Assembly: GCA_963704885.1 (NCBI GenBank)
Contig: CAVPIB010000001.1
Span: 608,001 to 672,000 of the forward strand
Direction of reading: 5' to 3'
Source: an uncultured Actinomycetes bacterium
GTDB taxonomy: Bacteria > Actinomycetota > UBA4738 > HRBIN12
DNA: 64,000 nt
Below the pieces are notes generated by a model. It did no database searches, had not been told where the DNA came from, and saw only the letters and a list, made by a program, of their open reading frames with translations. Positions 1-9,274 of the stretch are shown here, in pieces. The translations under genes were made by a program, and so were the position numbers. The first letter of the stretch is position 1, and every line of letters starts with the position of its first letter.

Positions 1-362
1 CTTCGCATCTCCTGCCCCTGCGCCTCGTTCAGCGACGTCACCTTGACGTAGCGGGTGCGCTCAGTGGTTCCAAGCGGCGGCGGAGGGTCGAATGCCCCAC
101 CGCCGAAGAAGACGACGTTCACCGAGACGTCGTAGGCGACCATCTCGATGATCCACCCAAGGTTTGGCAACCCGTAGTACGCCTTCTTCCACTTGATCGC
201 GTAGTGGAGTCCGGGGATCGACTCGCGGATCGATGTATCGAGATGCGTCACGATGGGGTGCAAGTCCGGCATCACGCGCCGGATCCAATCGTCGATGTCG
301 GCGTGGCTGTCGGAGGGGACGGGCGGCTTTCGTGACGCATTCGGCTTGCGCGATTTCTCCAT
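1..362 (-). CDS. DUF1801 (YdhG-like) domain protein, 3' end beyond window edge
   Basis: Manual translation MEKSRKPNASRKPP...IPGLHYAIKWKKAYYGLPNLGWIIEMVAYDVSVNVVFFGG...RYVKVTSL; GAGGAGG RBS upstream; not in the ORF track because it is truncated. Confidence 0.7.
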   Translation of the reverse strand, partial: MEKSRKPNASRKPPVPSDSHADIDDWIRRVMPDLHPIVTHLDTSIRESIPGLHYAIKWKKAYYGLPNLGWIIEMVAYDVSVNVVFFGGGAFDPPPPLGTTERTRYVKVTSLNEAQGQEMR

Positions 363-981
363 CGATCCTCCTCCTCTGCGGGATGGTCAGGAGTGGCAAC
401 TCGGCGTTACCGAATCGCCGATATCCGTTACCAGCTGGTTTGCAACACGGCGTGTGATCTGGGGCGGAAGCGATTTCTACCGCCCCGACCTGGCCCGGCC
501 CGGGCCGGTGGAAGACCTGGCAGGAATCGGCTCCGAGGTGATCACCAACGCGTTCGAGTGTAGCGAGTGGAAGCCGGGCTGGGCATAGTAACGCCATCTT
601 GGCCTGAAGGGTGCTCGTGCAGCCCTGATCCTGCCCGGAGTTGCGGTGGATCGCGAGCGTGACTCGAGCGAGACCTGAAATCCGACCTGCGACGGTCAGC
701 ACCTCGTCTCGATCACGGGGCGTTATTCGGCATGTGAACCGAATGATGAAGACCGTCTGGGTTTCCCCACGGTTGAGGCGGAACTCTCTGCCGGCCGGGT
801 ATGGAAGCGAACGCAGACAACCGATCTGGCGCTGGGCGCGGAGCTCATGCGTTCGAGTAACAACCGCCCTCGCGCGCAGCGAGGCCGATCGCAGTCACCC
901 GAGCATAGTCCCTGCGATAGTGGTGACCGCGTGCCGCCATCATCGGTAGCCCTCAAGAAGCTACCCAGGGAGTCCCCAAAG

Positions 982-1920
982 ATGTCGCTGGTTTCCAGAC
1001 TCAAGCCGAACGGACCGAGTGGCTTCGGGTATGGCTCGACCGCCGAGGATGTCACCGAAGGCCTTGACCTGGGCGGTCGGACCTACCTGGTTACCGGTGC
1101 GACCTCCGGGATCGGCTTCGAGACGATGCGGGTGCTGGCGCTGCGCGGCGCCCGAGTGATCGCCGTCGGCCGCACGGAGCAGACCGCGGGCGCCGTGGCC
1201 GCGAGAGTCGTCGGGGCCGCCCTCCCCGTCGCCTGCGAGCTGACCGATCCCTCGTCCACCATGGCGTGCGCCGACTGGCTTCGCGCCGAGGACATCCGCC
1301 TGGACGCGATCATCTGCAACGCCGGCATCATGTCTATCCCGGAGCTCCAGCTGGCCTGCGGCTACGAGTTGCAGTTCTTCAACAACCACATGGGCCACTT
1401 CATCCTGGTCTCGCGCCTTCTCGACTCGCTCACGGCAGACGGCCGCGTCGTGGTCGTGAGCAGCAACGCGCACAAGACCGCCCCGAAGGAAGGGATCGAG
1501 TTCGACAACCTGTCGGGGGAGCGCCGCTATCGACCTGCGAGTTCCTACGCGCAGTCCAAGCTCGCGAACCTGCTATTCGCGAAGGAACTCGCACGCCGCC
1601 TCGGGGACACGGGAAGGACGGCCGATGCGGTTCACCCAGGAGCCGTGAGCACCAACCTGGCTCACCACATGTCAAGAGCGGCGCGAGCCGTGATCGGCGT
1701 CGGGCTACGCATCGCCGGCCCCTTGATGCTGAAGACCATCGGCCAGGGAGCGGCAACACAGTGCTACGTCGCTACCCAACCGGGCTTGAGGGCGACCGGC
1801 GAGTACTTCGTCGACTGCAACATCGCTCAACCCAGCGCGCTTGCCAGCGATGCGGACCTGGCCCGGCGTCTCTGGGAGCGATCCGAACGGATCTCCGGCG
1901 AGGTGCTCTCCGACGCATGA
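982..1920 (+). CDS. SDR family oxidoreductase (retinol dehydrogenase/WWOX-like)
   Basis: TGATSGIG Rossmann motif, CNAG, YAQSK catalytic YxxxK, VHPG; start placed at MSLVSRLK. Confidence 0.9.
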   Translation: MSLVSRLKPNGPSGFGYGSTAEDVTEGLDLGGRTYLVTGATSGIGFETMRVLALRGARVIAVGRTEQTAGAVAARVVGAALPVACELTDPSSTMACADWLRAEDIRLDAIICNAGIMSIPELQLACGYELQFFNNHMGHFILVSRLLDSLTADGRVVVVSSNAHKTAPKEGIEFDNLSGERRYRPASSYAQSKLANLLFAKELARRLGDTGRTADAVHPGAVSTNLAHHMSRAARAVIGVGLRIAGPLMLKTIGQGAATQCYVATQPGLRATGEYFVDCNIAQPSALASDADLARRLWERSERISGEVLSDA

Positions 1921-1957
1921 CCACGATCGCGAACCACGACACCCTAGGAGGTACACC

Positions 1958-2953
1958 ATGAAGGCATGGATCTACCGGAACTACGGCTCACCGGACGTCC
2001 TGAGCTTCGAGGACATCGAGGTCCCGACCCCGAAGGCTGACGAAGTGACGGTGCGGGTGCAGGCGAGCGGCCTGAATGCGGCTGACTGGCACATCATGCG
2101 AGCGGATCCGTTCCTCGCTCGGCTGGCAGTGGGCCTGCGAAAGCCGCGCAAACCCATGATCATCGGCTCAGATCTCGCTGGCACTGTCGAAGCCGTTGGC
2201 TCGAAGGTCACGCGCCTGGCCGTTGGCGACAAGGTCTACGCCGAATCCATGATGAAGGGCGGGTGCGCGGAGGTGATCGTCCTGAACGAGGACCACGTCG
2301 CCCACATGCCGAAGAGCGTGACGTTCGAGCAGGCAGCAGCGGTGCCGATGGCCGCTACCAGCGCACTGGCGGCAGTTCGCGATGATGGCGGCGTGCAGCC
2401 GGGACAGTCGGTGCTGGTCATCGGCGCATCAGGCGGGGTCGGCACGTTCGCGGTGCAGATGGCATACGCCCTTGGGGGGAAGGTCACGGCGGTGTGTCGC
2501 ACCGAGGCGATCGACCTGGTGCGCTCGCTTGGCGCGGAAGAGGTCATCGACTACACCGTTGAGGACCCGACCTCCTCCGGACGCACGTATGACGTCATCG
2601 TGAACATCGGCGGCACCCACTCGCTCAAGGCCCTGCGTGGGACGTTGGCGCCCAAGGGGACCCTGGCAGGGGTCGGCGGCTCCCAACACGGAGGTTTGCT
2701 CGGCCCAGGTTCGGTCGGCACCCGCGGCAAGTTCGTCTCGCCGTTCGTGTCGCAGCAGTTGAAGTCCGTCGGCCGCAAGGGCAACTTCACCGATCTCGGC
2801 ACCATCGCCGAGATGATCGACAAGGGTGACGTGAAGCCCGTGGTCGATCGCGTCTTCCCGTTCAGCGAGACACCGGATGCGATGCGCTACGTCGAGGACG
2901 CACACCCGAAGGGCAAGGTCGTCGTCACTGTCGGGAGCGACTCCGGGTCATAG
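1958..2953 (+). CDS. NAD(P)-dependent MDR-family oxidoreductase (quinone oxidoreductase-like)
   Basis: MKAWIYRNYGSPDVL, GASGGVG, GKVVV C-terminus; AGGAGG RBS before ATG 1958. Confidence 0.9.
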   Translation: MKAWIYRNYGSPDVLSFEDIEVPTPKADEVTVRVQASGLNAADWHIMRADPFLARLAVGLRKPRKPMIIGSDLAGTVEAVGSKVTRLAVGDKVYAESMMKGGCAEVIVLNEDHVAHMPKSVTFEQAAAVPMAATSALAAVRDDGGVQPGQSVLVIGASGGVGTFAVQMAYALGGKVTAVCRTEAIDLVRSLGAEEVIDYTVEDPTSSGRTYDVIVNIGGTHSLKALRGTLAPKGTLAGVGGSQHGGLLGPGSVGTRGKFVSPFVSQQLKSVGRKGNFTDLGTIAEMIDKGDVKPVVDRVFPFSETPDAMRYVEDAHPKGKVVVTVGSDSGS

Positions 2954-3160
2954 GGGCTCGGTCAGGCGCGTACGCATCCCGGATGGGCGACTTCTTGAAC
3001 CCCTTGGCGATCAGGTAGATCCCGAGGAACCCTTCCAAACGATCTCTGGAACCTCGGCTAGGAGGCCCGGCGGGCCATAGGTACTTGACGCCCGTCACGG
3101 TCACGGTTTCACGTTCCTGTCAGGGTGGACCGTGTCGATCGACGCGTCATCTGACTAAGA

Positions 3161-3175
3161 TGACCATCATGGTCA
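3161..3175. promoter_or_regulatory. palindrome TGACCA-TCA-TGGTCA, probable vapBC autoregulatory operator
   Basis: Perfect 6-bp inverted repeat at the antitoxin start. Confidence 0.55.
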
Positions 3176-3453
3176 GAGCGGGAGACACCGTGGGGGTCGC
3201 GGAAGCCAAGGCCAAGCTGTCCGAGTTGCTGGAGCGTGTCGCGAACGGAGAGCGCATCACGGTCTCCCGGCGGGGCCGTCCCGCAGCCGTGCTCGCGCCA
3301 CCCGATGCCGCATTCGAGCCCGCGGGGCACAACACCGGACTAGCGACGCTTGCTGGCGTCCTGGCGGACTGGCCGGAGCTCGAGGCCGACATGCGCGTGG
3401 TCATGCGCTCGAGGCGCACCGCTCGCGATCGGGCGGTGCCCGACCCGCGGTGA
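3169..3453 (+). CDS. vapB: Phd/YefM-family antitoxin (start uncertain, 3160-3190)
   Basis: VGVAEAKAKLSELLERVANGERITVSRRGRPAAVL; GTGA overlap with downstream PIN gene. Confidence 0.85.
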   Translation: MVRAGDTVGVAEAKAKLSELLERVANGERITVSRRGRPAAVLAPPDAAFEPAGHNTGLATLAGVLADWPELEADMRVVMRSRRTARDRAVPDPR

Positions 3454-3896
3454 CCACCTACTGTTTCGATACCGACGTACTCTCGGCCACGATGCGCCGC
3501 GATCCGCCGCTCCATCTGATCAGGCTCCTGGCGGCGACTCCCCCGACCGCACAGTGCACCACGTCGATCACGCTCGGCGAGCTCGTCTACGGCGCGGCGA
3601 AAGCCGGGAGCGACCGTCTCGCTGAGCGTGTCCGCGAGCTCGTCAGCGGTGCGGTGCGCGTGGTGTCGTTCGACGCGGCGGCCGCCGAGGTCTACGGGCC
3701 GCTCCGAGCGGCGCTCGAGGCAGGCGGGAAGCGTCTCGCTGAGCCCGATCTCCGCATCGCCTCGATCGCCCTGTCCCTCGACCTCACCTTGGTCACGGGC
3801 AACCTTCGTCACTTCGCCCGAGTGCCCGGCCTGCACGTCGAGGACTGGATCACGGTTCCGCCGGGCACCCGACCGGACCCCGAGCTCCCGAGCTAA
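3450..3896 (+). CDS. vapC: VapC PIN-domain toxin
   Basis: FDTDVL, ITLGELVYG, DLRIASIAL, LVTGNLRHF.RVPGL PIN motifs. Confidence 0.92.
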   Translation: MTTYCFDTDVLSATMRRDPPLHLIRLLAATPPTAQCTTSITLGELVYGAAKAGSDRLAERVRELVSGAVRVVSFDAAAAEVYGPLRAALEAGGKRLAEPDLRIASIALSLDLTLVTGNLRHFARVPGLHVEDWITVPPGTRPDPELPS

Positions 3897-4046
3897 CCCG
3901 CGGGTCGGGTCACCAGCGTGACCCGCTGGGTGGTGTCTGAGGATGAGCGACCGTTCTCCGCCACGATGTGGGGGAAGGATCGCCCAAGACAAGACGGGAC
4001 TCTAGATGTTGCCCAACGAGCAACCGCCGACCTGGCCCGGTGGATC

Positions 4047-4124
4047 TGGCGCGGGTGACGGGCTTCGATCCCGCGATCTTCGCCTTGACAGGGCGATGAG
4101 GACTCCGGACTCCTCCACACCCGC
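4047..4124 (-). tRNA. tRNA-Asp(GTC), CCA encoded
   Basis: Cloverleaf GCGGGTG...TCGCC-CTGTCAA-GGCGA...CACCCGCGCCA; T-loop reads ATCGAAG. Confidence 0.9.
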
Positions 4125-4144
4125 GTGTATGTGATTGTGCTGCG

Positions 4145-4217
4145 TGCCCCCAACGGGATTCGAACCCGTGCCGCCGCCTTGAAAGGGCGGTGTCCTAGGC
4201 CGCTAGACGATGGGGGC
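4145..4217 (-). tRNA. tRNA-Glu(TTC)
   Basis: GCCCCCATCGTCTAGCGGCCTAGGAC...CTTTCAA...GGTTCGAATCCCGTTGGGGGCA. Confidence 0.95.
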
Positions 4218-4291
4218 TTACCCAGCTGCTCAGCGGCCACATCCGAGGCGCAGCCGGAAGAGTATAGCGACGGCGGCGTAGCCCCCACCCG

Positions 4292-4603
4292 CTACGTGCC
4301 AGGACCGAGCCGGTCGCCGACGCGAACGGCGGCGCCGATGTGACACTCGAGCACCCGGCGTGCGCGACGGCAGAACAGGAGCCTTCCGGGACGTGCCCGG
4401 ACCACGCGGAGCACACGCCAGGAGCGATCCAGGAAGACGACCGTGATAGGCAAGCGCATCCCGATCGTGTGCACCGACCGGCAATCTTCCAGAAGCAGGG
4501 CGTCGCGCGGATCTACCCGATGGCGGCCGAGCCATCCGCGTCGCCGCTCCCGCCGCGTCACCGGCCGCTCAGCGCTCCACGGCCCGACTGTCACGCGGTC
4601 CAT
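4292..4603 (-). CDS. DUF192 domain protein
   Basis: RERRRGWLGR, CRSVHTIGMRLPITVVFLD, VLE; TACGTT 6 nt before ATG. Confidence 0.8.
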   Translation of the reverse strand: MDRVTVGPWSAERPVTRRERRRGWLGRHRVDPRDALLLEDCRSVHTIGMRLPITVVFLDRSWRVLRVVRARPGRLLFCRRARRVLECHIGAAVRVGDRLGPGT

Positions 4604-4645
4604 CGGCGGAACGTAGCTCCGCGTACCGACACGCCGGTCGCCGAG

Positions 4646-4720
4646 TGGGCCTGGCAGGATTCGAACCTGCGACACGAGGGTTAAAAGCCCCCTGCTCTAA
4701 CCGGGCTGAGCTACAGGCCC
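4646..4720 (-). tRNA. tRNA-Lys(TTT)
   Basis: GGGCCTGTAGCTCAG...CTTTTAA...GGTTCGAATCCTGCCAGGCCCA. Confidence 0.95.
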
Positions 4721-4864
4721 TACCGCGGGATTGTACGGACATGCCCTCTGACTTGGGCGTTCTCACTTTCCCGTTACTTCTCGCGGATACCCGACGTTTC
4801 TCTTCATCTTGCGGGCCGCATCGCTCTACAGGTTCAGGGCCCGCCGGGTGTTGAACTGGTCAGG

Positions 4865-5401
4865 ATGGGAGAGGTGGCTGGCCTTCGGCGGATGTGGAAG
4901 GGTCCCGATGAACCGATGGACTCAGAGCCTCCCACCTTCGAGGGTTTCTTCGAGGAGGAGAAGGAACGCCTCCTCCGGATCTTGTCGGTCATCACCGGGC
5001 GCCGGTCCGAGGCGGAGGATCTGGCCCAGGAGGCGTTCACCAAGGTGTTCGAGCGCTGGGACACGGTGGCAGCGATGGCGGACCCTGCGGGGTACCTGCA
5101 CGTGACCGCCATGAACCTGTTCCGCAACCAGTACCGGCGCGCCCGGGTGGCCCTCAGCCGGGCCGGGGGGTTCGGGCCGGAGCAGGACGTGTTCAAGCCC
5201 GTGGAGGATCGGGATGCCGCCGCCCGGGCCCTGGGCGCACTCACGCCCCGGCAGCGCGCCGCCCTGGTGCTGACCGAGGCCCTCGGCTACTCGGGCGAGG
5301 AGGCGGGGCAGCTCCTAGGCATCAAGGCCTCGACCGTGTGGGCGCTCACCCATCAGGCTCGGGCGGCGCTGCAGGGAACCGTGGAGGTGACCGATGCCTA
5401 G
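4865..5401 (+). CDS. ECF sigma-70 factor (cassette 1)
   Basis: AEDLAQEAF region 2, LTPRQRAALVL...EEAGQLLGIKASTV region 4. Confidence 0.92.
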   Translation: MGEVAGLRRMWKGPDEPMDSEPPTFEGFFEEEKERLLRILSVITGRRSEAEDLAQEAFTKVFERWDTVAAMADPAGYLHVTAMNLFRNQYRRARVALSRAGGFGPEQDVFKPVEDRDAAARALGALTPRQRAALVLTEALGYSGEEAGQLLGIKASTVWALTHQARAALQGTVEVTDA

Positions 5402-7364
5402 CGACCGTTCGCTCGTCGAGCGCGAGATGGAGCGCGTTGAGCTCCGCCCGTTCACGCTCGAGGGGTTCCATCGCCGTCGCCAGCGGAAGGAGCGGAACCG
5501 CCGGATCCGCGCGGGCGTCGTTGCCCTCGTCGTCGCGGTCGCAGGGGTCGGCGCGCTCGTTTCGGCCTTCTCCTCGGGCCCCGTCCCTGCGGGCGATCCC
5601 CGCAGCCCCTTCCTGGGCACCTGGGTCTCCACCAGCGACGCCGACGGGGGCACGCAGACGATGATCGTCCGGGTCTCCGCCGATGACGCCGTCGAGATCA
5701 CGGTGACCGACGACGTCGCCTCGGAGTGCTCGGGCACCCCGTCGACGATGACGGGGACCGGACGGATCGAGGCCGGCACGCAGCTCACCATCCCCGCGCC
5801 CGTGTACACGTGCGACGACGGGAGCGAGGCCGAAACCTTGAGCGGGCCTCCGCTCGAGGAACTGCTCCGCGATTGGACCTTGTTCCTCGACCCTCAGACC
5901 GACACCCTCACGGACGGCGTCGGCGGCGTGTGGCTGCGGGAGGGGGCGGAGGTCCCGAGCCCCGATCCGCTCGGGGGGCTCGACGAGGCGCCGTGGGACC
6001 CGAGCCTCTTCGGCGGCACCTGGGTGTCGACGGCCGCCGACACCGGGTTCCTCGGGACGTGGGAATCGACCGATGTGGACGGGAGCTCCCTCCTCCTCGG
6101 GATCCGCCCGTCCGAGGACCCCTCCGGCGGGTACGAGGTCTTGCTCCTCGACGGCGCGCTCGACGGCGCGCAGCCCTGCTACTCCTCGGGGTGGAACAGC
6201 CTCGGCACCGGCCCGATCACCATGACCGGGATCGGGCGGGTCGAGGGACGGGAGCTGGCCATGGACTCCCAGACCTGGTTCTGCGAGGGCGAGCCCGGGC
6301 CGGACGTCGTGACGGGAGACCGGAGCCTCCAGCTAGCGGCCGCCCACACGCCACTCGTCCACGATCCCGAGACCGACACCCTCGTCGGTCCCGCTGGCAG
6401 GACGCCTGGTGCTCCTTCCTGGATGCAGGGTTACGGCGTGGTGTGGCATCGACGCCCTCCCGGGAGCGACCCGCTCGCGGTCCCGTTCTGGGGGGTCTGG
6501 CCCCAGACGAGCGTGGAGGAAGCCCAGGAAGCCCAGCGGCGGGCCGACGCAGGCGACCCCGCATTCACCTGGCAGCTCGCCCCGGAGCTTGCGACCGAGC
6601 CGGTGTCCGAGGGGCTCCCGATCCCCGGGATGGACGCCAAGGACGGTGCGGAGATCGTGGTCCGGTTCTTCCGGGACGTCCTCGGGTGGGACGAGTACCT
6701 GACCGTCGCCAGGCGCAACCCGTATTGGCAAGGGGACGCCGGGTGGTCGTTCGTGCGGATCCGGTGCGGTCCAGGGACGAATCCCCTGTACCCGAACGAC
6801 CCGAACGGAGGGGACTGCCCGCCCACGATCGGCGACACCCACTACGAGACGGTCTCGCTGATGCTCACGCAGCCCGTCCGGAGCGGCCCGTCCGGGATCT
6901 GGGTGGTCACCGGCTGGACGGAGCTCGTCCCATCGGGCGAGCCAGCCAGCGACCTCCGCTACCACGAGTGGGTGAGTCGGCAGTACGAGCAGGTGATCCC
7001 GCCCACCGAGGCCGAGCTGGTGGAAGCCCTCGAGGCGTTCCTATCCGCCAGGGTGGCTGGCGAGGGGGCCGAGGCGTACCTGACCGAGGGGTACTACCGG
7101 CCCCGCCCCTTTGTCCCGCTCCTGTACGCCACGACCGAGGGCCGTCGATACGAGGGGTTCGAGATCGGGAGGGTGGAGGGGCCGGTTTGGCCGGCCGGGG
7201 TCTACGCGGTGACGGTGCGGCTGTTCGCCCGTGGAGGGCAGGACGTCGTGGAGCAGGATTTCGCCGTCTGGCCGGGCTCCGGAGGGCAACTGACGATGGA
7301 CGCGGGGCGGGAGCAGACCAGGGAGAACGGCGAGCCGGTGCCCGACCGTTTCGGCTCGGAGTAG
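5394..7364 (+). CDS. Single-pass membrane protein with large extracellular region, putative anti-sigma/sensor (cassette 1)
   Basis: Overlaps sigma stop; Arg-rich N-terminus, TM AGVVALVVAVAGVGALV; internal FLGTW.ST repeats; C-terminal domain shared with 9271..10941. Confidence 0.7.
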   Translation: MPSDRSLVEREMERVELRPFTLEGFHRRRQRKERNRRIRAGVVALVVAVAGVGALVSAFSSGPVPAGDPRSPFLGTWVSTSDADGGTQTMIVRVSADDAVEITVTDDVASECSGTPSTMTGTGRIEAGTQLTIPAPVYTCDDGSEAETLSGPPLEELLRDWTLFLDPQTDTLTDGVGGVWLREGAEVPSPDPLGGLDEAPWDPSLFGGTWVSTAADTGFLGTWESTDVDGSSLLLGIRPSEDPSGGYEVLLLDGALDGAQPCYSSGWNSLGTGPITMTGIGRVEGRELAMDSQTWFCEGEPGPDVVTGDRSLQLAAAHTPLVHDPETDTLVGPAGRTPGAPSWMQGYGVVWHRRPPGSDPLAVPFWGVWPQTSVEEAQEAQRRADAGDPAFTWQLAPELATEPVSEGLPIPGMDAKDGAEIVVRFFRDVLGWDEYLTVARRNPYWQGDAGWSFVRIRCGPGTNPLYPNDPNGGDCPPTIGDTHYETVSLMLTQPVRSGPSGIWVVTGWTELVPSGEPASDLRYHEWVSRQYEQVIPPTEAELVEALEAFLSARVAGEGAEAYLTEGYYRPRPFVPLLYATTEGRRYEGFEIGRVEGPVWPAGVYAVTVRLFARGGQDVVEQDFAVWPGSGGQLTMDAGREQTRENGEPVPDRFGSE

Positions 7365-7428
7365 CGGACGCGGAAGATCCGCGGCCCTGAGGAGTCACCG
7401 GGCGACGGGACGACGGGAGGAGGCAAGG

Positions 7429-8625
7429 GTGACTGACCGCGGACGGGTCTCGGCTTTGGCCCTGATGCTCGCGCTGGCGGCATGCACACCGACCTCGGGC
7501 GGCACGGAGACGACGCCCTCGGTCGAGCCAACGGCGTCAAGCGTTCCGTCGCCCTCCCCGACCGAGCAGGCCGAGACGTTCCCGACTGCGGCGTTCGCCG
7601 ACATCAGCGAGGACCCGGTCTCCGAAAGGAAGGCAGCCGGATTCCAAGCGATCCTGACCGACATGGCCGCCTTCAACGGAGCCGGGATGGCGGCCACCGT
7701 GATGACCGCCGACGGCACGTGGAGCGGGGCGACGGGTTCGGCGGACGGCGTTCGAGACGTTCGGGTCGACAGCCAGTTCGGCATCGCGAGCATCACCAAG
7801 TCGGTGATCGCCGCTCAGGTGATGCAGATGGTCGAGGCCGGCGAGCTCTCGCTCGACGCCCCGGCGACCGACTACCTCCCGGCGAATTTCGACTTCGACA
7901 CCAACGCAGCGACGATCCGCCAACTGCTCGACATGTACTCCGGCATCCCGGATTGGTACAGCGACGAGATGGAGATGCGGGTCTCGATGCATCGACGGCG
8001 CGACTGGACGACGGACGAGATCCTGGCACTGGTCCCTCGACATCGTGCTCCCGTCGACGAGACGTTCGAGTACGCGGACACCAACTACAACCTGCTCGGG
8101 CTCGTGATCGAGCACGTGCGCGGGCGACCGCTGGTGGACGTGCTGCGCCACGGCGTGCTTCGCGTCGACGGGACGGAGCGGCTCGTCTACCAGCCCGATG
8201 AGGCCCCCACCGACCCGATGGCCATGCCCGGGGGCGAGTCACGGGCCGCGCTCCAGAAGGGCGGCGGCTACCTCCCATCCCTCTCCGATGCGAGCTCGGC
8301 CGGTCCGGCGGGCGCCATCGCGTCGGACTCGATCTCCCTCGCCCGTTGGTGGCGTGCGTTCTGCGCCGGCGAGATCGTCTCGCAGGACTCGTTGACCGAG
8401 ATGTCGACGTTCGTCGACGGTCCCGACGGCTACGGGCTCGGGGTGTTCAACGTGGCAGATCCGTACGGCGTCGCCGTGGGACACGCCGGCGCCAACTTCG
8501 GATACGTGTCGTGGGCCGGGTGCGCAACCGACGCCGGGGCCGTCATCGTCGTCCTGAGCAACTACACGTTCGAGGACGTCGGCGGGATGGCCAGACCGCT
8601 GATCGACGCTGTTATCGCAGACTGA
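7429..8625 (+). CDS. Serine hydrolase (beta-lactamase/PBP-like) lipoprotein
   Basis: Lipobox MLALAAC; SITK (SxxK), FEYADTNY, GHAG; AGGAGG upstream. Confidence 0.85.
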   Translation: MTDRGRVSALALMLALAACTPTSGGTETTPSVEPTASSVPSPSPTEQAETFPTAAFADISEDPVSERKAAGFQAILTDMAAFNGAGMAATVMTADGTWSGATGSADGVRDVRVDSQFGIASITKSVIAAQVMQMVEAGELSLDAPATDYLPANFDFDTNAATIRQLLDMYSGIPDWYSDEMEMRVSMHRRRDWTTDEILALVPRHRAPVDETFEYADTNYNLLGLVIEHVRGRPLVDVLRHGVLRVDGTERLVYQPDEAPTDPMAMPGGESRAALQKGGGYLPSLSDASSAGPAGAIASDSISLARWWRAFCAGEIVSQDSLTEMSTFVDGPDGYGLGVFNVADPYGVAVGHAGANFGYVSWAGCATDAGAVIVVLSNYTFEDVGGMARPLIDAVIAD

Positions 8626-8740
8626 CTGGCGGTCCTACGCGGTCGGTTGCCCGAGCACTCCCGAACGTTGCATCGAAGCTCTGCGTCGACCGTTCACCAC
8701 TGGGCTGCCACAGAACGATGCGCTCGCGTGTCAGAAGGAC

Positions 8741-9274
8741 ATGGGGCACGATCGGACCGGGGTGGTATGGACCGTGGATCGAGAGGTGGGTCTCCGGAGC
8801 CGGCTCGCCGACGCGTATGTGCGTTCGGCGCCCGGAGGAATCCGGCTCGCGTACCTGCTGACCGGCGACCGGGCCGCCGCAGAGGACCTGGTCCAAGAGG
8901 CGTTCGTCCGGTTCGTGGGTCGGCTCCGGTTCCTCCGAGACCCGGATGCCTTCGAGCCGTACCTGCGACGCACGATCGTTAACCTGTCGAAGAACCACTT
9001 CCGGCGTCGAGCGGTCGAGCGCGCGTACCTGGAGCGCGAGGGTCCGAGGATCGAGGACGTCAGCACCGACCCGGACGTCGCCACACACGATGCGCTCCGG
9101 TCGGCGCTGCTCCGGCTCCCGCTCCGCCAGCGCACGGCGCTCGTCCTCCGTTACTACGAAGACCTCCCGGACGCGACGATCGCGGAGCTCCTCGGGTGCC
9201 GCCAGGCGACGGTGCGTTCGCTCGTCGCCCGTGGCCTCGAGGCGCTCCGCACGACCCCAGAGGTGATCTCATGA
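8741..9274 (+). CDS. ECF sigma-70 factor, SigE-like (cassette 2)
   Basis: LAYLLTGDRAAAEDLVQEAF, LPLRQRTALVLRYYEDL, TVRSLVARGL. Confidence 0.92.
   Translation: MGHDRTGVVWTVDREVGLRSRLADAYVRSAPGGIRLAYLLTGDRAAAEDLVQEAFVRFVGRLRFLRDPDAFEPYLRRTIVNLSKNHFRRRAVERAYLEREGPRIEDVSTDPDVATHDALRSALLRLPLRQRTALVLRYYEDLPDATIAELLGCRQATVRSLVARGLEALRTTPEVIS

Noticed and set aside
400-980. Short ORFs or ncRNA between the DUF1801 gene and the SDR
   Set aside because: No recognisable protein motif, RBS or convincing RNA structure
7429-8625. Beta-lactam resistance gene
   Set aside because: Only general serine-hydrolase fold motifs are present (YAD in place of YxN); resistance cannot be inferred
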